From Laetmonice hystrix (lineage: Eukaryota), in the NCBI GenBank assembly GCA_965235115.1, contig OZ249436.1, positions 52,640,001-52,700,000 of the forward strand: a stretch of DNA of 60,000 nt, in the 5' to 3' direction. The notes beneath the pieces are model-generated. The model ran no database searches and had not been told where the DNA came from. It saw only the letters and a program-made list of their open reading frames with translations. Each line of letters starts with the position of its first letter. Position 1 is the stretch's first letter. A program made the translations under genes and the position numbers. Of this stretch, positions 1 to 12,922 are shown piece by piece.

Positions 1-21
1 GAGTGACGTGCGCATGCGTTC

Positions 22-200
22 TTAAGTCGTACGTACGAGATACTAAGTCGTACGTACGACTTAGTAAGTCGTACGTACGAGATACTAAGTCGTACGTACG
101 ACTTACTAAGTCGTACGTACGAGATACGAAGTCGTACGTACGACTTACTAAGTCGTACGTACGACTTACTAAGTCGTACGTACGACTTACTAAGTCGTAC
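22..200. repeat. 21-bp tandem repeat (about 8.5 copies) with palindromic core, probably internal to a non-autonomous transposon ending near 244
   Basis: Units GATACTAAGTCGTACGTACGA and CTTACTAAGTCGTACGTACGA; AAGTCGTACGTACGACTT is self-complementary. Confidence 0.9.
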
Positions 201-1877
201 AAACAATTTTTTTTTCTTCATGTGGCAGCAATACGCTTCCGTAGTAAAGGGAGGTGGGACGTCTGATCACCACGATCCTTCCAAAGGTAGTCGTGTAGTC
301 GGCAGAGAGGGTGCTGCGTCGACGGCGTTTCGTATTTATATCCCTTACCCAGGCTTCCCGGCTCCATGCTTCCGTTTCTTTCCTCATGATATAACGTGAG
401 ATCCTGCCCGAGAACCAACATGGAGACCGGAAGAATCGACAGGAGCCTCGTACGCTTTACTATAACATAGATCTACTTAAGGTATTGTATACACATAGTG
501 ATATCAGGAAGCAGTTAAAATCATCGTTTTGCCTACAGAAAGGTCCCCAATGTGTGGCGTCGAGTCCGTATTTAGTAATTATTCGTACAATTTGGTATAC
601 AATATAGGTGTATATAGAAAACCCCATTTACGTGAACATCATGTACAGTCCTAAAAAGACGGTTAATTGCAGCACTGTCACAAATCATAACGTCAATAAC
701 AGAAAACAAGTAATACAGGAATGTATATAAAAACGTCATTCGTATGTTTATGCTAACATTGGACCTTATTTCTGTCTACGTCAAATCAACCCACAACATA
801 TAAATGTAGACTCTACGTGTAGATTATAACCACCATTCACTTCTGTTTTTCCATATATAAATGAATGATGGGCAGAAGTTGCCGACAGGGCGTAAAGCAG
901 TCAATCACGAGTACAAATATTTGGAGTATCCTACACATTGTACTTTCCACTGATATCTATTTGTCTCCCCATTACCCCCCCCCCCCCCCCACCACCACCA
1001 CCACCACCCACCCAAAGCCACCTGTCAATCTCGACCTTTTTTTCACGAATCTCTCTAGACCTGACCGGACGGGGCGAGTACGTGGGTGCGTGTGTCTGTG
1101 GGGTGTGTGTGGGGTGGCGCCAGTTGCCCCGCCAGTGGCTGTTGTGTAGGCCTAGGTGGTGGTGATAGCGGATAGTGAAACAGACGCGCCTGGCATGCCA
1201 CCGTTGACTTTGCGTCATGACGTGACGCGCTCCCAGCAGACGACGTCAAAAGCGATCGTTGCGTACGACTCGCGTCATGTTTGTTCTCCTCGCTCGTCGC
1301 AGCGCCCCTATTTCCCCCCAGATCGCCAGCTCCCCCGAAACATTTCACGCATATGTTATCAGTACAACATCATGCGCTCAGCTTAAGCCGGTCAATTTAG
1401 CGACTACGGGAGTTGCATTATTGATGTTGACATGCGCCTGTCAACGATCTGAGTCCGACTCGGGATGTCCACACAGGGCCGTCGTTTACCTGGGACGATC
1501 TATACTGTAGGCCAAGGGCCTACATCAAAACGTCTATTCATCCTTCTTCTATCCGCTTCTACATCGCTTTTCCGTCTCGTTTTCGATTCTGTCGTATGAG
1601 CCTTGGTCGACATTTTATTTCTTGTCAAGTTTGTGTTCCATGTGCATTCATTTACAAGTTTCTCACGGGAGCGGGGAGCTGAGGAAAGCATAAGTTTTCA
1701 ACGAACATTATAGGCAGAATGTCATAAATCAGTATGTCTGCTCATTCTCGTTCTCGTATAGAAAAATGTTAATTAGTAATGCAGGACGATTTAAAGACGT
1801 TGATGGAAAGATGATTAGTGGAATGGACGGGATTTAATGCTGAATCAAATTAACTGGACAATTCCCAGTCAGCATAA

Positions 1878-3874
1878 AGGCCCTTATCCACAGAAACTTT
1901 GACACGGCCGGCCGATGGTGCATTGCACGATGATCATCGTGTGGGTGTCATGGGAAGCATCGGGCGAAACCCCGTCGTGTGAACCAGCCGATGGTTCGCA
2001 CGATGGTACTATCCACAGCGACTGCAAGTATCGTGCGTAGGTAAAATCATATTTGGTAATTCCCGCCCAATTTATGTGAACTACATCCTATTCAAAATTC
2101 TGCATACATCCAAAATACTGCAAATTCTATAAGCCTATTGCAGTTATCGTAAACATATAGCCTTTCATTGTAGATTCGAAATTGTATGCCTAAGAACGCG
2201 GACTCTAACCATGCCAACATTACATTTATTAAGATTACTGCGTATTCCACACTACATGTACAACCTAAAAACATGAAATAGAGCTTATACAATATACTTA
2301 TAAGGAATATCGAATCATAATAAATACATCATGTATAGGACCTTTATGAGTGATGACGATGTCCACATGTTTCATAAGAGTTAGGCTAAGGAATTGGTAA
2401 ACCGTCTGTTATATATAACCTCATGTTTTCTTTCAAGCAATTCTGGATAATTATTAAGTTATTATTGTAACTTGACGATTTATGACTTGACCCATCCCAG
2501 GACATTACCTTTAAGTAGAATTTAGGGCCGGCTGATCAAGTTGTCAGGAAAAAAAATTACACCGACTATATAATTGTTAGCAAGAAATTTACTTCACTGG
2601 GTAACTGTTTTCTCAATGATGATCTCGCAAAAGTCCTATTACATGCAATAAATATTGTTTTATAGTTCATGTAAAACAGCTAGTAGCAAAACGGATGGTG
2701 GGGGGTACAATTTCCATAAGATGGGCGGCCATTTTCTATTATAGAATATAGACCAGGGGGTCCAGATTCTATAATAGAAATTGGACCCCAGGTACAGAGG
2801 GTTATCATTTTTCATATGACACCGGCAGCACCGGCCACACTTCCATGCATGAAAAGGTCCGGCGAATGATTACTTCTAAAATGGCATTCATCTTGGCCTG
2901 GGTGGTCATATTAAGTTTGAAAAATGTGAGGAATTGATTCAGCATCGTTAATAAGCTCGGAATCAGCTCAAATTTCATTAATTTAGCCTCACCGGCAGCT
3001 GAAATATTGCCATTTCCGGTTTAGATGGCGGCCATCTTAGATTTGGTGGCCATCTTGAATTTTGAAAATGTCAGACATGGATTCACCCTCTGTATGAACC
3101 TAGGAATCTACTAAAATTTCATCAAAATCAGGTCACTCGGAGCGGAAATGCAGCTATTTCTAGGTAAATGGTGGCCATCTTGGATTCGGCAGCCATCTTG
3201 AATTTCGAAAATGTAAGAAATGAATTCAGCATCCGGCTAAACGTTGGAATGGCCTCAAATTTCATCAAAATCTGTCCACTGGGACCTGAAATACGGCCTG
3301 TTCCAGTTAAATGGCGGCCATCTTTGATTTTGTGCCATCTTGACCCTTTTTGGTGACCCGATTTCGGTAAACCTTTAGTATGTTGGTCTCCAAACGTCAT
3401 ACCACAGAAATATTGAGGAAAACATGAAAACTATCAGCGACACAGTGTTCGCAAAAAATATTGGGTGGCCATTTTGGAAAATGGCCGCCATTTTTATCAC
3501 GGGCCAAATCTGCGATGTCCCTATAGCCAAATATCTTTCTTATGACATCCCCTAACTGTGTGCCAAATTTCATGCTTCTATCATTAAAGGCACAATTTCC
3601 CCAAATATTTCACATATCTGCCGGACTACACACTGTCCCCATGTGGTGGAACTAAGCACTAGTCGTGCGATGGCTCAATCGCCGGCGGGAATATTTAAAA
3701 GTTTTAATACCATCGTGCGACACTCGCACGACGGTACAGCGTCGGCTGAAATTCTGAGCGTCGGGCCGACGGTCATATCCATGAACACGCACGACGCACG
3801 ATTTTCCCAGTTTTTCACACGATCGTCGTACGAGGCAAAATCGGCCGTGCGAAACGGTCTGTGGATAAGGGCCT
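1878..3874. mobile_element. PIF/Harbinger-like non-autonomous element with other repeats nested inside
   Basis: Perfect 17-bp TIR AGGCCCTTATCCACAGA (1878-1894 / 3858-3874) that extends imperfectly; TAA on both sides (1875-1877, 3875-3877). Confidence 0.8.
2860..3628. repeat. Interspersed repeat with recurring (A/G)TGG(C/T)GGCCATCTT subunits, unclassified
   Basis: Three diverged ~145-bp subunits, each carrying GGCCATCTT motifs and aaatttcat; lies between the Harbinger-like TIRs. Confidence 0.5.
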
Positions 3875-5688
3875 TAATAGCTTGAGTGACTCACGCAGGA
3901 AAATGTAAGCTTACCAAACCTTACACAGAAAAGAACTCTTATAGACTGTCTGCATCAATATGTATAGTTCCATCCCACTTAAACGCATCCAAAAAACACC
4001 ATATAATCTAGAAAACGTACAATAGGTTGTATCTACTAAATGAAAGCATACTGCGAGAAATGTCTCATCACCGTATAATATGTCCGTGATTTAAATAACA
4101 GAAAATTATAGCGCTGCCTCATACATGCAGTTTAGATCTACCCTGGCGCTCACTTCCTGTCTGACAATTTGATTTGTTTCACAATGCCAATTAAAAATAT
4201 ATAATATCAATACACCTTACCGAATTACTTTTCCCATGAACATGCAGGCTTTAAAAATACTCCAATTGGAATTTTTCGAAAGCAAATACAATTGTATGAA
4301 ATGTCACTTTATGCATAATAAGCTTGAACTGTGGGAGAGAACAGAGCTACATCATAATAGTTTAGGTTTTTACTACAAAATCACTTAACAGATGAGAAGG
4401 GTCGAAAGTCACGGATGGAGAAAGCTTCCTCAAGAGATCGCTTTGGTTGGTCCAAGTTATATTTTACAGACTTGACACTGACTTGATGACGACGACATGA
4501 AATCATCGAAATATGTCAAATTGATGCTTCCCCCTGTGCAGGTTGAGACGGCATAGATTTCTTTAAACGTTAAACGTGTTATTCTCGCCCTGAATTTGGC
4601 TAAAATACTGCCGACAGGGCATAAAACTCCCATTTCACGCTAGGATGATAATTTCTATCTGGTGAATGAAAGAGAAGAAAAAATCTGCATGACGGAGTCG
4701 ATGGCAACTCATGGCATGAACCGCCAGTTTGAAATTCAGCAGAGCGTTGTCCAGAACGAATGTATGCTCTGATTGGTTTATTGATACCCGGAACCTGGTC
4801 CCAGCAAGTCAATGTTTCATCCAGTAGGTTTTTTTTATTTTCTTGCTAAAATCTTTATAAAATAGGCTACAGATCCAATGTTAGAGTTTGGACTCTTGAA
4901 CTCTTTCTAGAAATTTCCAAATTTTAAATCAACCCCTGTAAACTAGGGCAAGTAGAAATAATATACATATAGATATTTTGATATTTCAGCGTCAACCAAG
5001 CTCCCCTTTATTGTAGGACGTACCTACTGATCGCCAATGATGAGTGCATTTAGATTTTTTCACTTTGTTTAACACTATATAATTACCTCGACAGCTGGAA
5101 GTCACTGGAATCTGGGTCACACCCTCTCTGCTGACAGTCCTGCTGATTGGTACTGTAAAAGTTTTCTCTAAAGTTGCGATATTAATTAATGTTCCTGGAT
5201 CAAACACACAAACATGTCGGGGTGCGCGTTTGCTCAGAAAGCAGTGTCCAGTGGGCATCGGCTGGGGGACATTTTAATCAGGATTTATTTAAGCTATGCT
5301 CAGGAAAGGGCAAAAGGTGATGTTGCTTAATGTGATAGAACGCCTTATTTAATTAATATTTAATTTCCTGAATTTAATCTACCCTCTCCGTCTTCCACTT
5401 CCAAACAATCTTCATTTCAAGCTGCAAAATCGAGGAATACTTGAAGATCATGTAAATTTCAGTGTGTTTTGCTACAAATTTAACGGACCACATGACGTTT
5501 CTTTGCAGTGCAACCTGTTGCCGCAATAACTCGCCCTAAGGCATCACAGATGAGAATACTACTCCCCACCCGGGTTTGTAGCAGGGGACGAATGGGGCGA
5601 AGGTTTATGTGGGGAAGATGTTGAGTGTCGGATTGCAGAATATATAAAGCCCTCAAATGCTCTCGAACTGGGACATCAAAGACTTAGT

Positions 5689-5795
5689 CTAGGGTATACC
5701 CACCCTCCCCTCTCCTAGGATATATACCCACCCTCCCCTCTCCTAGGATACCCACCCTCCCCTCTCCTAGGATATATACCCACCCTCCCCTCTCC
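5689..5795. repeat. Short tandem repeat, 24-28 bp unit x4
   Basis: TACCCACCCTCCCCTCTCCTAGGA(TATA) repeated four times. Confidence 0.85.
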
Positions 5796-5998
5796 CATAG
5801 GTCCATTGACTGAACAAATTGTACTCATTATTATTCTCACCCTGAATAATTATGTCTGAAATGCTGTTACAAATAAATATATCTGTGAAGAAGAGAACCC
5901 CCGTTATATATATATGGATTTTGAAGTAAATTTGATCGAGGAAGTCATAAACCAGCTGTATAAGTTTGATTTTTTTAGGTACAATTATAGATGTTTTA

Positions 5999-6393
5999 CA
6001 GTAAAACTCGCATAAGTCGGATTCAAGTGGACCAAGCGATTTTATCCGAGTTAGCCGAGAATCTGACTTATCTAAAGATCGTCATGTTTGGATCCTCATA
6101 GTAACTATGGTAGATTAGTAGTAGAAGTCATTAAAACAAACGTTATTTGAGCACAAGATCAACACTGGATAACGACAACGTCTAGTCAACACTAAACAGA
6201 GAAGTGGTCCACAGCTGCATGATTTAGTCGGCGTTCAACTTCCGGGGAGGCCCATAGTTTGTGCGTCCTTCTGGGGAAACCCCTTCTAAATGTGCTGCCG
6301 CTCCGACTTAGGCTAAGACAAGAGGATTTGGCTCAAATGTCCGAAGCATTTTCTCCGAGATGAGCGAAGATCCGACTTATGCGAGTTTTACTG
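5999..6393. mobile_element. Tc1/mariner-pogo (Tigger-like) MITE
   Basis: Perfect 24-bp TIR CAGTAAAACTCGCATAAGTCGGAT with TA on both flanks (5997-5998, 6394-6395). Confidence 0.88.
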
Positions 6394-8439
6394 TATATTA
6401 AACATCTTACGTTTAAACGAACCATCACAATGTAATCCATATAGAGTGACAGATGGGCGTATTCTCTCAAGATGGAGATTAATTGGTTGAAATTAAAAAG
6501 ACTACCTCGGGGAAAACAAAGCATTCCACGTCGCCAGGCAACGGTAAACAAATACAGGTGAAAAGGCGGCAGACAGGCGGCATCATCTCTCGGGAGGCTG
6601 GCTTCATGGTTGTGTGAATTTGCACAATGCTACATATATAGGTAAATTCTATGTTATCGCTGCCATATTTGGACAATAAAACTGAAAAATAACTTTATAT
6701 GAAAGTACAGAATAACGGAAAACAAAGATTGGAGGAGATTACGAAAGCGTTTATCGATGGTGAAATAGCATGGAACCAGCTGAAGCATTATACATAGTAG
6801 ATTGAAGAAGTGGTGTTATGTACAACAGAATTTTTATACAGAAAATTACTTTTTACGAAATATGTAGTGGTGTCATAGCAATTCAAGATTGCACTTGGGA
6901 ATTATTTTTCTGTTTATTAAATATTACTTGGCGTCTTTTTCAGTTAATTTTGAGAGAGATTCGTCCTCATGAAATATGTCAAAAACATCATTTTACGAAT
7001 AAAACATAATGCAATATGCACTGAGAATCGCCTTTTTTCCATGAAGTATCAACTGAGTTTAATACGCGCGGCCACCTCGAATCAGGTAACACGAGAAAAT
7101 TGTAATAACACTGATGCCTTGGGATGACTCTCTTTGAAATGTAATAGCCGAGCTCTGTAAAAGGAAAAGTAAAGAATTAATTAGTCCACTCAGCATGTTG
7201 CTACTGCACAGGTTATCAGTAGAAATAGCTGGTACGTCCTTGTCTAATAAAACGTCTCCAATAGGCGCTAGGACTTCACTCTTACGACGTCAGCCCTAAG
7301 GCTGAGGACACACGTACATTATTTCAAAGCATGTGCGCCAAGTAGGGCACACTTACATGTATTAGTTTTGCCTATTATGCAGATAGCCAATCATTGTGTT
7401 TGCTCTCGTGGCCACATTAAAATTGCCATTGAGAGCGCATGCAACGAGAAAACGCTCGGGCGATCAATACTGAAGCAGCTGATTTGAATTTCTACCGTGA
7501 AAGGCGAGAAATGATTTATAATGTCTGCTTTGACCCTTGAGTCCATGAAAGAACCCCTGCCAGTGCGAACCCATCGACTACTTGGACCAATAGCAACCCT
7601 ATATCCGCTCAAATGAAACTTGGATCATCGATGTTTTCCTATTTATGCCTACTAGCAGAGTACGCGTACTGTGTCAGTCGGTTCAGACGACGCCAAATAG
7701 GCCAAGAAGAAGGGTGATGTCGACTCCCGCCGTCCGGGGACGTTAGCCGGCTTTCCTCTGTCGCTCCCATGCTCTCGCCGGTTGGGGTATAGGGAAGGGG
7801 CCGTAGGTTGCTGGCGTCAAGCTACCGCGGCCCACCCGCCCCTGTGGGTCCCGCCATCGAGCCGCCCCGCCCCGGCCCGTGCCGATCACCAAGCCGCGCC
7901 TCCCGGCCTTTGACAATGACAAGAGAGCCGTTTGCCGGTCTGACGGCTTTGCCATAGGAACACTTGTCAACCGTTTCCTGCCGACCGGCCGTTTTCTAAA
8001 GGCCCTGGCGGTGGTTGTGAGATAGAGCAGGGTTGGTCAAGTCAGCCGGTGGAAGCGCGCTATGTACAGGACCACTTCACCTTGGGGGTCACTCAGTCAG
8101 CGCTGTTCTGTGACCAACCCGGAGGCTGGTCGAAGGGCGGAGGGGCCTGGTCAGAGAGGGTTTGAGAGTCCGGCCGGGTCACTGCTGCAGGGGGAGACGT
8201 TATGAAATACGAGGTTACGATCCAGCAACGGGTTCGCCCGAATCGAAGACCGCACTGCTGGCATAAAGTAAAAATTTCGATTTCTGATCGTCTGTTAAAA
8301 CCTGCTGAGAAAACAATTTGATATGCTTTAAAAACTGCGTGCCGATCGAGTGGCTGGAGCCTGAGCATGTCCGACGAGGTTGCTGACCTTCAGGATCAAA
8401 TATATCTTGGCGACAGAGACAGGTCCGACGTGCCGGTAA

Positions 8440-8980
8440 AGGCCCGGCCACACAGAGCCGACTACCCCCAACCCGATGGTCGGAGGCCCGGGGGGTCCAA
8501 ATCGGCTAACTACTCAGTCAGTCTGATATATGCCCAACCATGCCACACTGAATGCGATCCGAAAGTCGGGAGTGGGATGCCACACTAGCGACACCACTCG
8601 TGACCAGTATATACACATGTACTATTGTAACTATTCATTCCCCTATAGCGGTAGTTCCCACTCCGCCATGTTGTTTGTGTTGTCCCGCTCGCAGGGTATC
8701 CTGGGAGTAGCGTTTGTATGGTGCGCGCTGTGATGGGCTGGTAAGCAGCCCGACTGTTGAGTCTGGTCGGTAGGTATGCCACACAGGCCCGACTAGGCCC
8801 GACCAGACCAAACCGTTTGGTCGCTCTTCTTGTGCAGGACAAGATGAACGACCGGACTGGTCAGTCGGTGAAAAACACCCGACTACGGCCGACTGACCAT
8901 GCCAGACAGGGCCGACTACCCCCGACTCGACTCCCCCAGACCATCGGGTCGGGGGCAGTCGGCTCTGTGTGGCCGGGCCT
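8440..8980. mobile_element. PIF/Harbinger-like MITE
   Basis: 42-bp TIR AGGCCCGGCCACACAGAGCCGACT(A/G)CCCCC(A/G)ACCCGATGGTC with 2 mismatches; flanks TAA/TAG; many internal CCGAC/GTCGG motifs. Confidence 0.82.
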
Positions 8981-9009
8981 TAGACAGAAAATAACAGAGG
9001 GAATACATC

Positions 9010-9123
9010 GGGTAGGAAATATTCCAGGTGGGAATTTACCGGGTGGGAACATTACCAGTGTGGAATCAGACGGGTGGGAATAGTTGGGTAGGAAACCGCC
9101 AGTTGGAAACCCGCCTAGACCCC
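9010..9123. repeat. Degenerate ~15-bp tandem repeat (GGTGGGAA core)
   Basis: ggtaggaa/ggtgggaa/gtgtggaa recurring about every 15 bp, 7 times. Confidence 0.55.
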
Positions 9124-9148
9124 GTTAACAGCAGTCGATCAAAATTAA

Positions 9149-9717
9149 AGGGAAATGTGAGTGTTTGAATCTACCACTAGAATTTTCAAAATATTTTTAT
9201 GGGGGATAGCCTTTGTCCTTAGGAGTACAAAGAAACAAAAATAATCATATGTCACCGAATTAGATTTTTTTTATACAGGCCTCCGTAAAAATGGGTCTTT
9301 ACTATAGGTTTCAATAGGAAAAACAGGATTTTTCAGACATTTTGACTAATAGTTAACAAATGACCACGAATTTTCTCCTGAAACTCGGTGACAAGATAAA
9401 GTGGATCAGGACTAATAGTTTAAAACAAAATAAATTGGGGGTCACCGAATCCACAAAAAAGTTACAGCCTGCCAAACAGTTAGTGCCTTGGTAAAACACG
9501 GGTCTTAACTATAGCATTCAATGGAGTAGACAGGTTCTGGCACACAGTTTGGTTCATCGTTTAAAAAATACTACTGATTTCCACATCAAACTAGTTTGCA
9601 TAAATAAGTCAAACATTTTTCTGTTAAAGCTCACTACGCGGCGCTTTAAATACTCACATTTACCCCGTGGTACCAACGCGACTCACTAGGTGGCGCTTTG
9701 AACACTCACATTTCCCT
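9149..9717. mobile_element. TTAA-flanked non-autonomous DNA transposon (Kolobok-like)
   Basis: Perfect 17-bp TIR AGGGAAATGTGAGTGTT; TTAA at 9145-9148 and 9718-9721. Purine-starting termini fit Kolobok rather than piggyBac. Confidence 0.8.
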
Positions 9718-9828
9718 TTAATATAAGGAAACAATGCCTATATTAACTATGAAATACATGTCAACCACGCAACGCCTCCGCCGTTTGCATGAACGGATGA
9801 ATCAAGATTAAATTTTATTCGACGTTAA

Positions 9829-10280
9829 AGGAATTATGTCAACCTGGTTGAACGTTCCGGGAAGCCGGTTTAGCCTGGTTTCCCGCTTACCTTGTCAAAA
9901 TCTATGCACCTTCTGTCCCGAAGATACTTATTAATATACGTATGTATTGTAAACAGACAGCAGCGAAATGCACTGTCACCTTCACATTTCACATTTTCTT
10001 GTCGGGAACACTCAAAAACAACGCTGCTTTCCGCCATCGGAAATGTCTGGCCTGCAGACATAGCGTTGCAACGGGTGAGATGATCACGTGATTGCGGCCA
10101 TAGTCTCGCGTTCTGTGAAAAGGGCGCGTCATTCCAAATTTGCTGTTTTCTTAAATATTAAAAAAAATATTCACCAAATCCAATCAGGCAAGTAGGCAGT
10201 GCTATGGAACATAATTACCAGACTATATGCAGTATTTTCGCCAATTTGTAAAATCTATATAAATAAATGACACCATTCCT
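9829..10280. mobile_element. TTAA-flanked MITE (Kolobok-like)
   Basis: TIR AGGAATTATGTCA vs AGGAATGGTGTCA; TTAA at 9825-9828 and 10281-10284. Confidence 0.65.
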
Positions 10281-10941
10281 TTAATTTTCTACAAAAAAAT
10301 ATAACCTCTTGTTTAAAGCGTGTTAATTTGCCGGGTTAATCTACATCATATGTTTTCGAATCACATGTGTTGTACCAACTATACATGATATGCCAATGAT
10401 TCTTACATAATGTCAGCTAATACTGACAGAATGTAAATTATGAAGCAAGCCGTGTTTGTTTGACTAAATCAGCATCATTGTACTGCATGAATTCCCTGTC
10501 ATCTTTCATTTCCTAGAAGTTTGAAAAAAAATCTTTTAAAAACAACTACACCTACTTCCTTGCCATTGCATAATTGATGCTGTCAGGCTCTTGTTGAAGC
10601 GCTGTTTTGGGTGCGCATCAGTGCGTTACATATGACTTTACGGCGAGCGGAGGGAAGTCCCTTACGCTGAGCGTAAGGCAGCGTAATAAGGGGGCGGGAA
10701 GTGTGACATTACGCTGCGCCGTAAGGGACATGATTTGGTGCGGTGTGCGTGTTCCGCTATGTTGCCCTGTACTTGATAAAGCTACAGAGCTCGATCTCAG
10801 CTTTGACAGAAACTATTGTAAAAGGAGTGACTATATAGTTATTGGAATAAATTTGGATTGTAGCTGAAAGTAATACATGTACGATATAAATTTAGAGCAG
10901 TCCTTTGAAAGTGTTCTCTTTTCTTCTGGGTAAAAGGTTGA

Positions 10942-11384
10942 AGCAATCAATGAGTAACTCTCATTTCAATGACTCCAAAATGCAGACATGGTTAGATAAG
11001 GCCTTAGACTACATAAATCAATGACTGTTTACCCACAGAAATGGAGAAATCTAATGAAATTCAACATTCCAGTTGCCAGTTGTCGCTATGAAGCGATCGT
11101 CTTATGGCGGTTGTTGACAAAGTCGTTGGCCTGGCATTGAATTGAACAGCCAGTATAATTCATCGGGGGATGAACCGATGAATTTCATTGGCTGTTCACG
11201 TGAATTCCAGGTAAACAACCAGCCATGAGGCGTTCGCTTCATAGCGACAATAGGCAACTGGAATGTTGAGATTTCTCCATTTCTATGGGTATACTGTTAT
11301 AGATTTATGTAGTCTAAGGCCTTATCTAACCTAACCATGTCTGCATTTTGGAGTCATTGAAATGAGAGTTACTCTATTATTGCT
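10942..11384. mobile_element. Foldback (near fully palindromic) MITE, TTAA-type
   Basis: Arms of about 210 bp are reverse complements (e.g. GAGTAACTCTCATTTCAATGACTCCAAAATGCAGACATGG); flanks TTGA/TTAA; second partial copy at 42964-43153. Confidence 0.85.
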
Positions 11385-12567
11385 TTAAGGTATCGGACAT
11401 ATCGAAAATAGGCATATTTTCGTATGTCTCAACGTTTGCCCCAAATAAAATAAGTAATATACAAAGATGTGCACCAACGCAGCTCATCCGTTATCCTAAA
11501 CGTTTTCGCTTGGATCTGTGAGATATTCTAACCGACCAAGGATAAAATCTATTTATCCGCCCATGTAGGCTGTTTGACACTATAAATGTTATAAACTGGA
11601 TCTTGTATCAATTGTAACGGGTCAGTTTAAACGAGCCTAGTGATTACCACCAATCTATGGCAAGCGGTTAAATGTAGGCCAACGTGATTGAGTTCACGGC
11701 TATCAGCCTTCAAGCCTGCGTCCCAAACGGTGGAAAATGTGGGGATGTCAGTGGCGTATAGGAATAATCCCGGCCAGTTCACACGGGGCAATTCTCTTTT
11801 TTTTTGCGTGTGTGTGTTTGCCTGTGTTTGACTCATGGGTTGGTCGCTTGAGATAATATCACACTATGTGCACTGAACTTGAAGCTTATTTGTATGGGCC
11901 TTGAGATGGCACAGGAAATTGGACCATGTTCTAATTGTTCATCGAAACGGTAAGCCAAGCCCTATTTCTGCACGATTTAAATACAGAAAAAATGCCTTAT
12001 CGTCCCTTCTGTGTCACCTATCTGGTTCGAAAATAGCGCAATTTTGAACATGGTGGCTGTGAGGTGAGTCAAACTATAGGAGACTTTGAAAAAACCCACC
12101 GACAAAATAAAAATCGTACCTTGAGAGTACGGCTTGTAATAGCACGTCTGATCTGAGTCAGATATGAGTTAAAACTGCATAAAATGAACTGAGCTGTGGG
12201 ATGTAATGGCTCCCGATGGCTGGGACGGTTTTCATAGCCGTGGATCAAAGATTCTTCAAAACCACTTGGCAGTTCATGTATATCCCAGAACGGATCTGAC
12301 TTCGCAGGTCCGCAGGGCGATCAGTGCCCGCGTACACAACTCTTGCACGGCTTTACCTTTAGAGCATAGTTCCAACTCGAAATTGCAAGAATGCTTGGGG
12401 ATCAGGGGCGAAAATGATCCTCAGCCCCCACCTCCTGATGCTTGTAAGAGGGGACGATTGGGGTGAAGGATGATGTGGGGAGGTGGCTAAGCGTCAGATT
12501 GCTGAAGCGTCCCTGTGGCACGGACAGGTCTGCGTCCATGTCTTCAAAGGCTTCGATACGATACGCC

Positions 12568-12922
12568 GTGTCCTGGCCGCGAAATTTTTTTCCCCACATT
12601 AGTTCCGGACCCCATTCTAGCTTCAGCCAATCAGTGAACGCCAGACTCTATCGCTCGCGATATGGGACCGAACAGTGTCAGTGAATGTTTCTTATTGACA
12701 CCCACATTAAGATCCACTGCTCATCTATTTAACAATAATTTTGGGCTATGAAAACTAACACTAACCCTAGGCCTAACCTTTACCCTAACCCAAACACACT
12801 GTCTCGCATCTCGCATGTCGTCGCCGGTATTCCATAGCCATATGTGTGCCTGTTTCTGATTGGCTCTATGATAATGGGGGGTCCAGAACTAATGTTGGAA
12901 AAAAAATTTCGCGTCCTGGCCA
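12568..12922. mobile_element. Degenerate inverted-repeat element with central (TAACCC)-like tract
   Basis: Outer arms 12568-12634 and 12856-12922 (CGCGAAATTTTTTT..ACATTAGTTC.GGACCC..AGCCAATCAG). Inner GGCTATG(A/G)AA / TTCCATAGCC pair surrounds ctaacactaaccctaggcctaacctttaccctaaccc. Confidence 0.6.
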
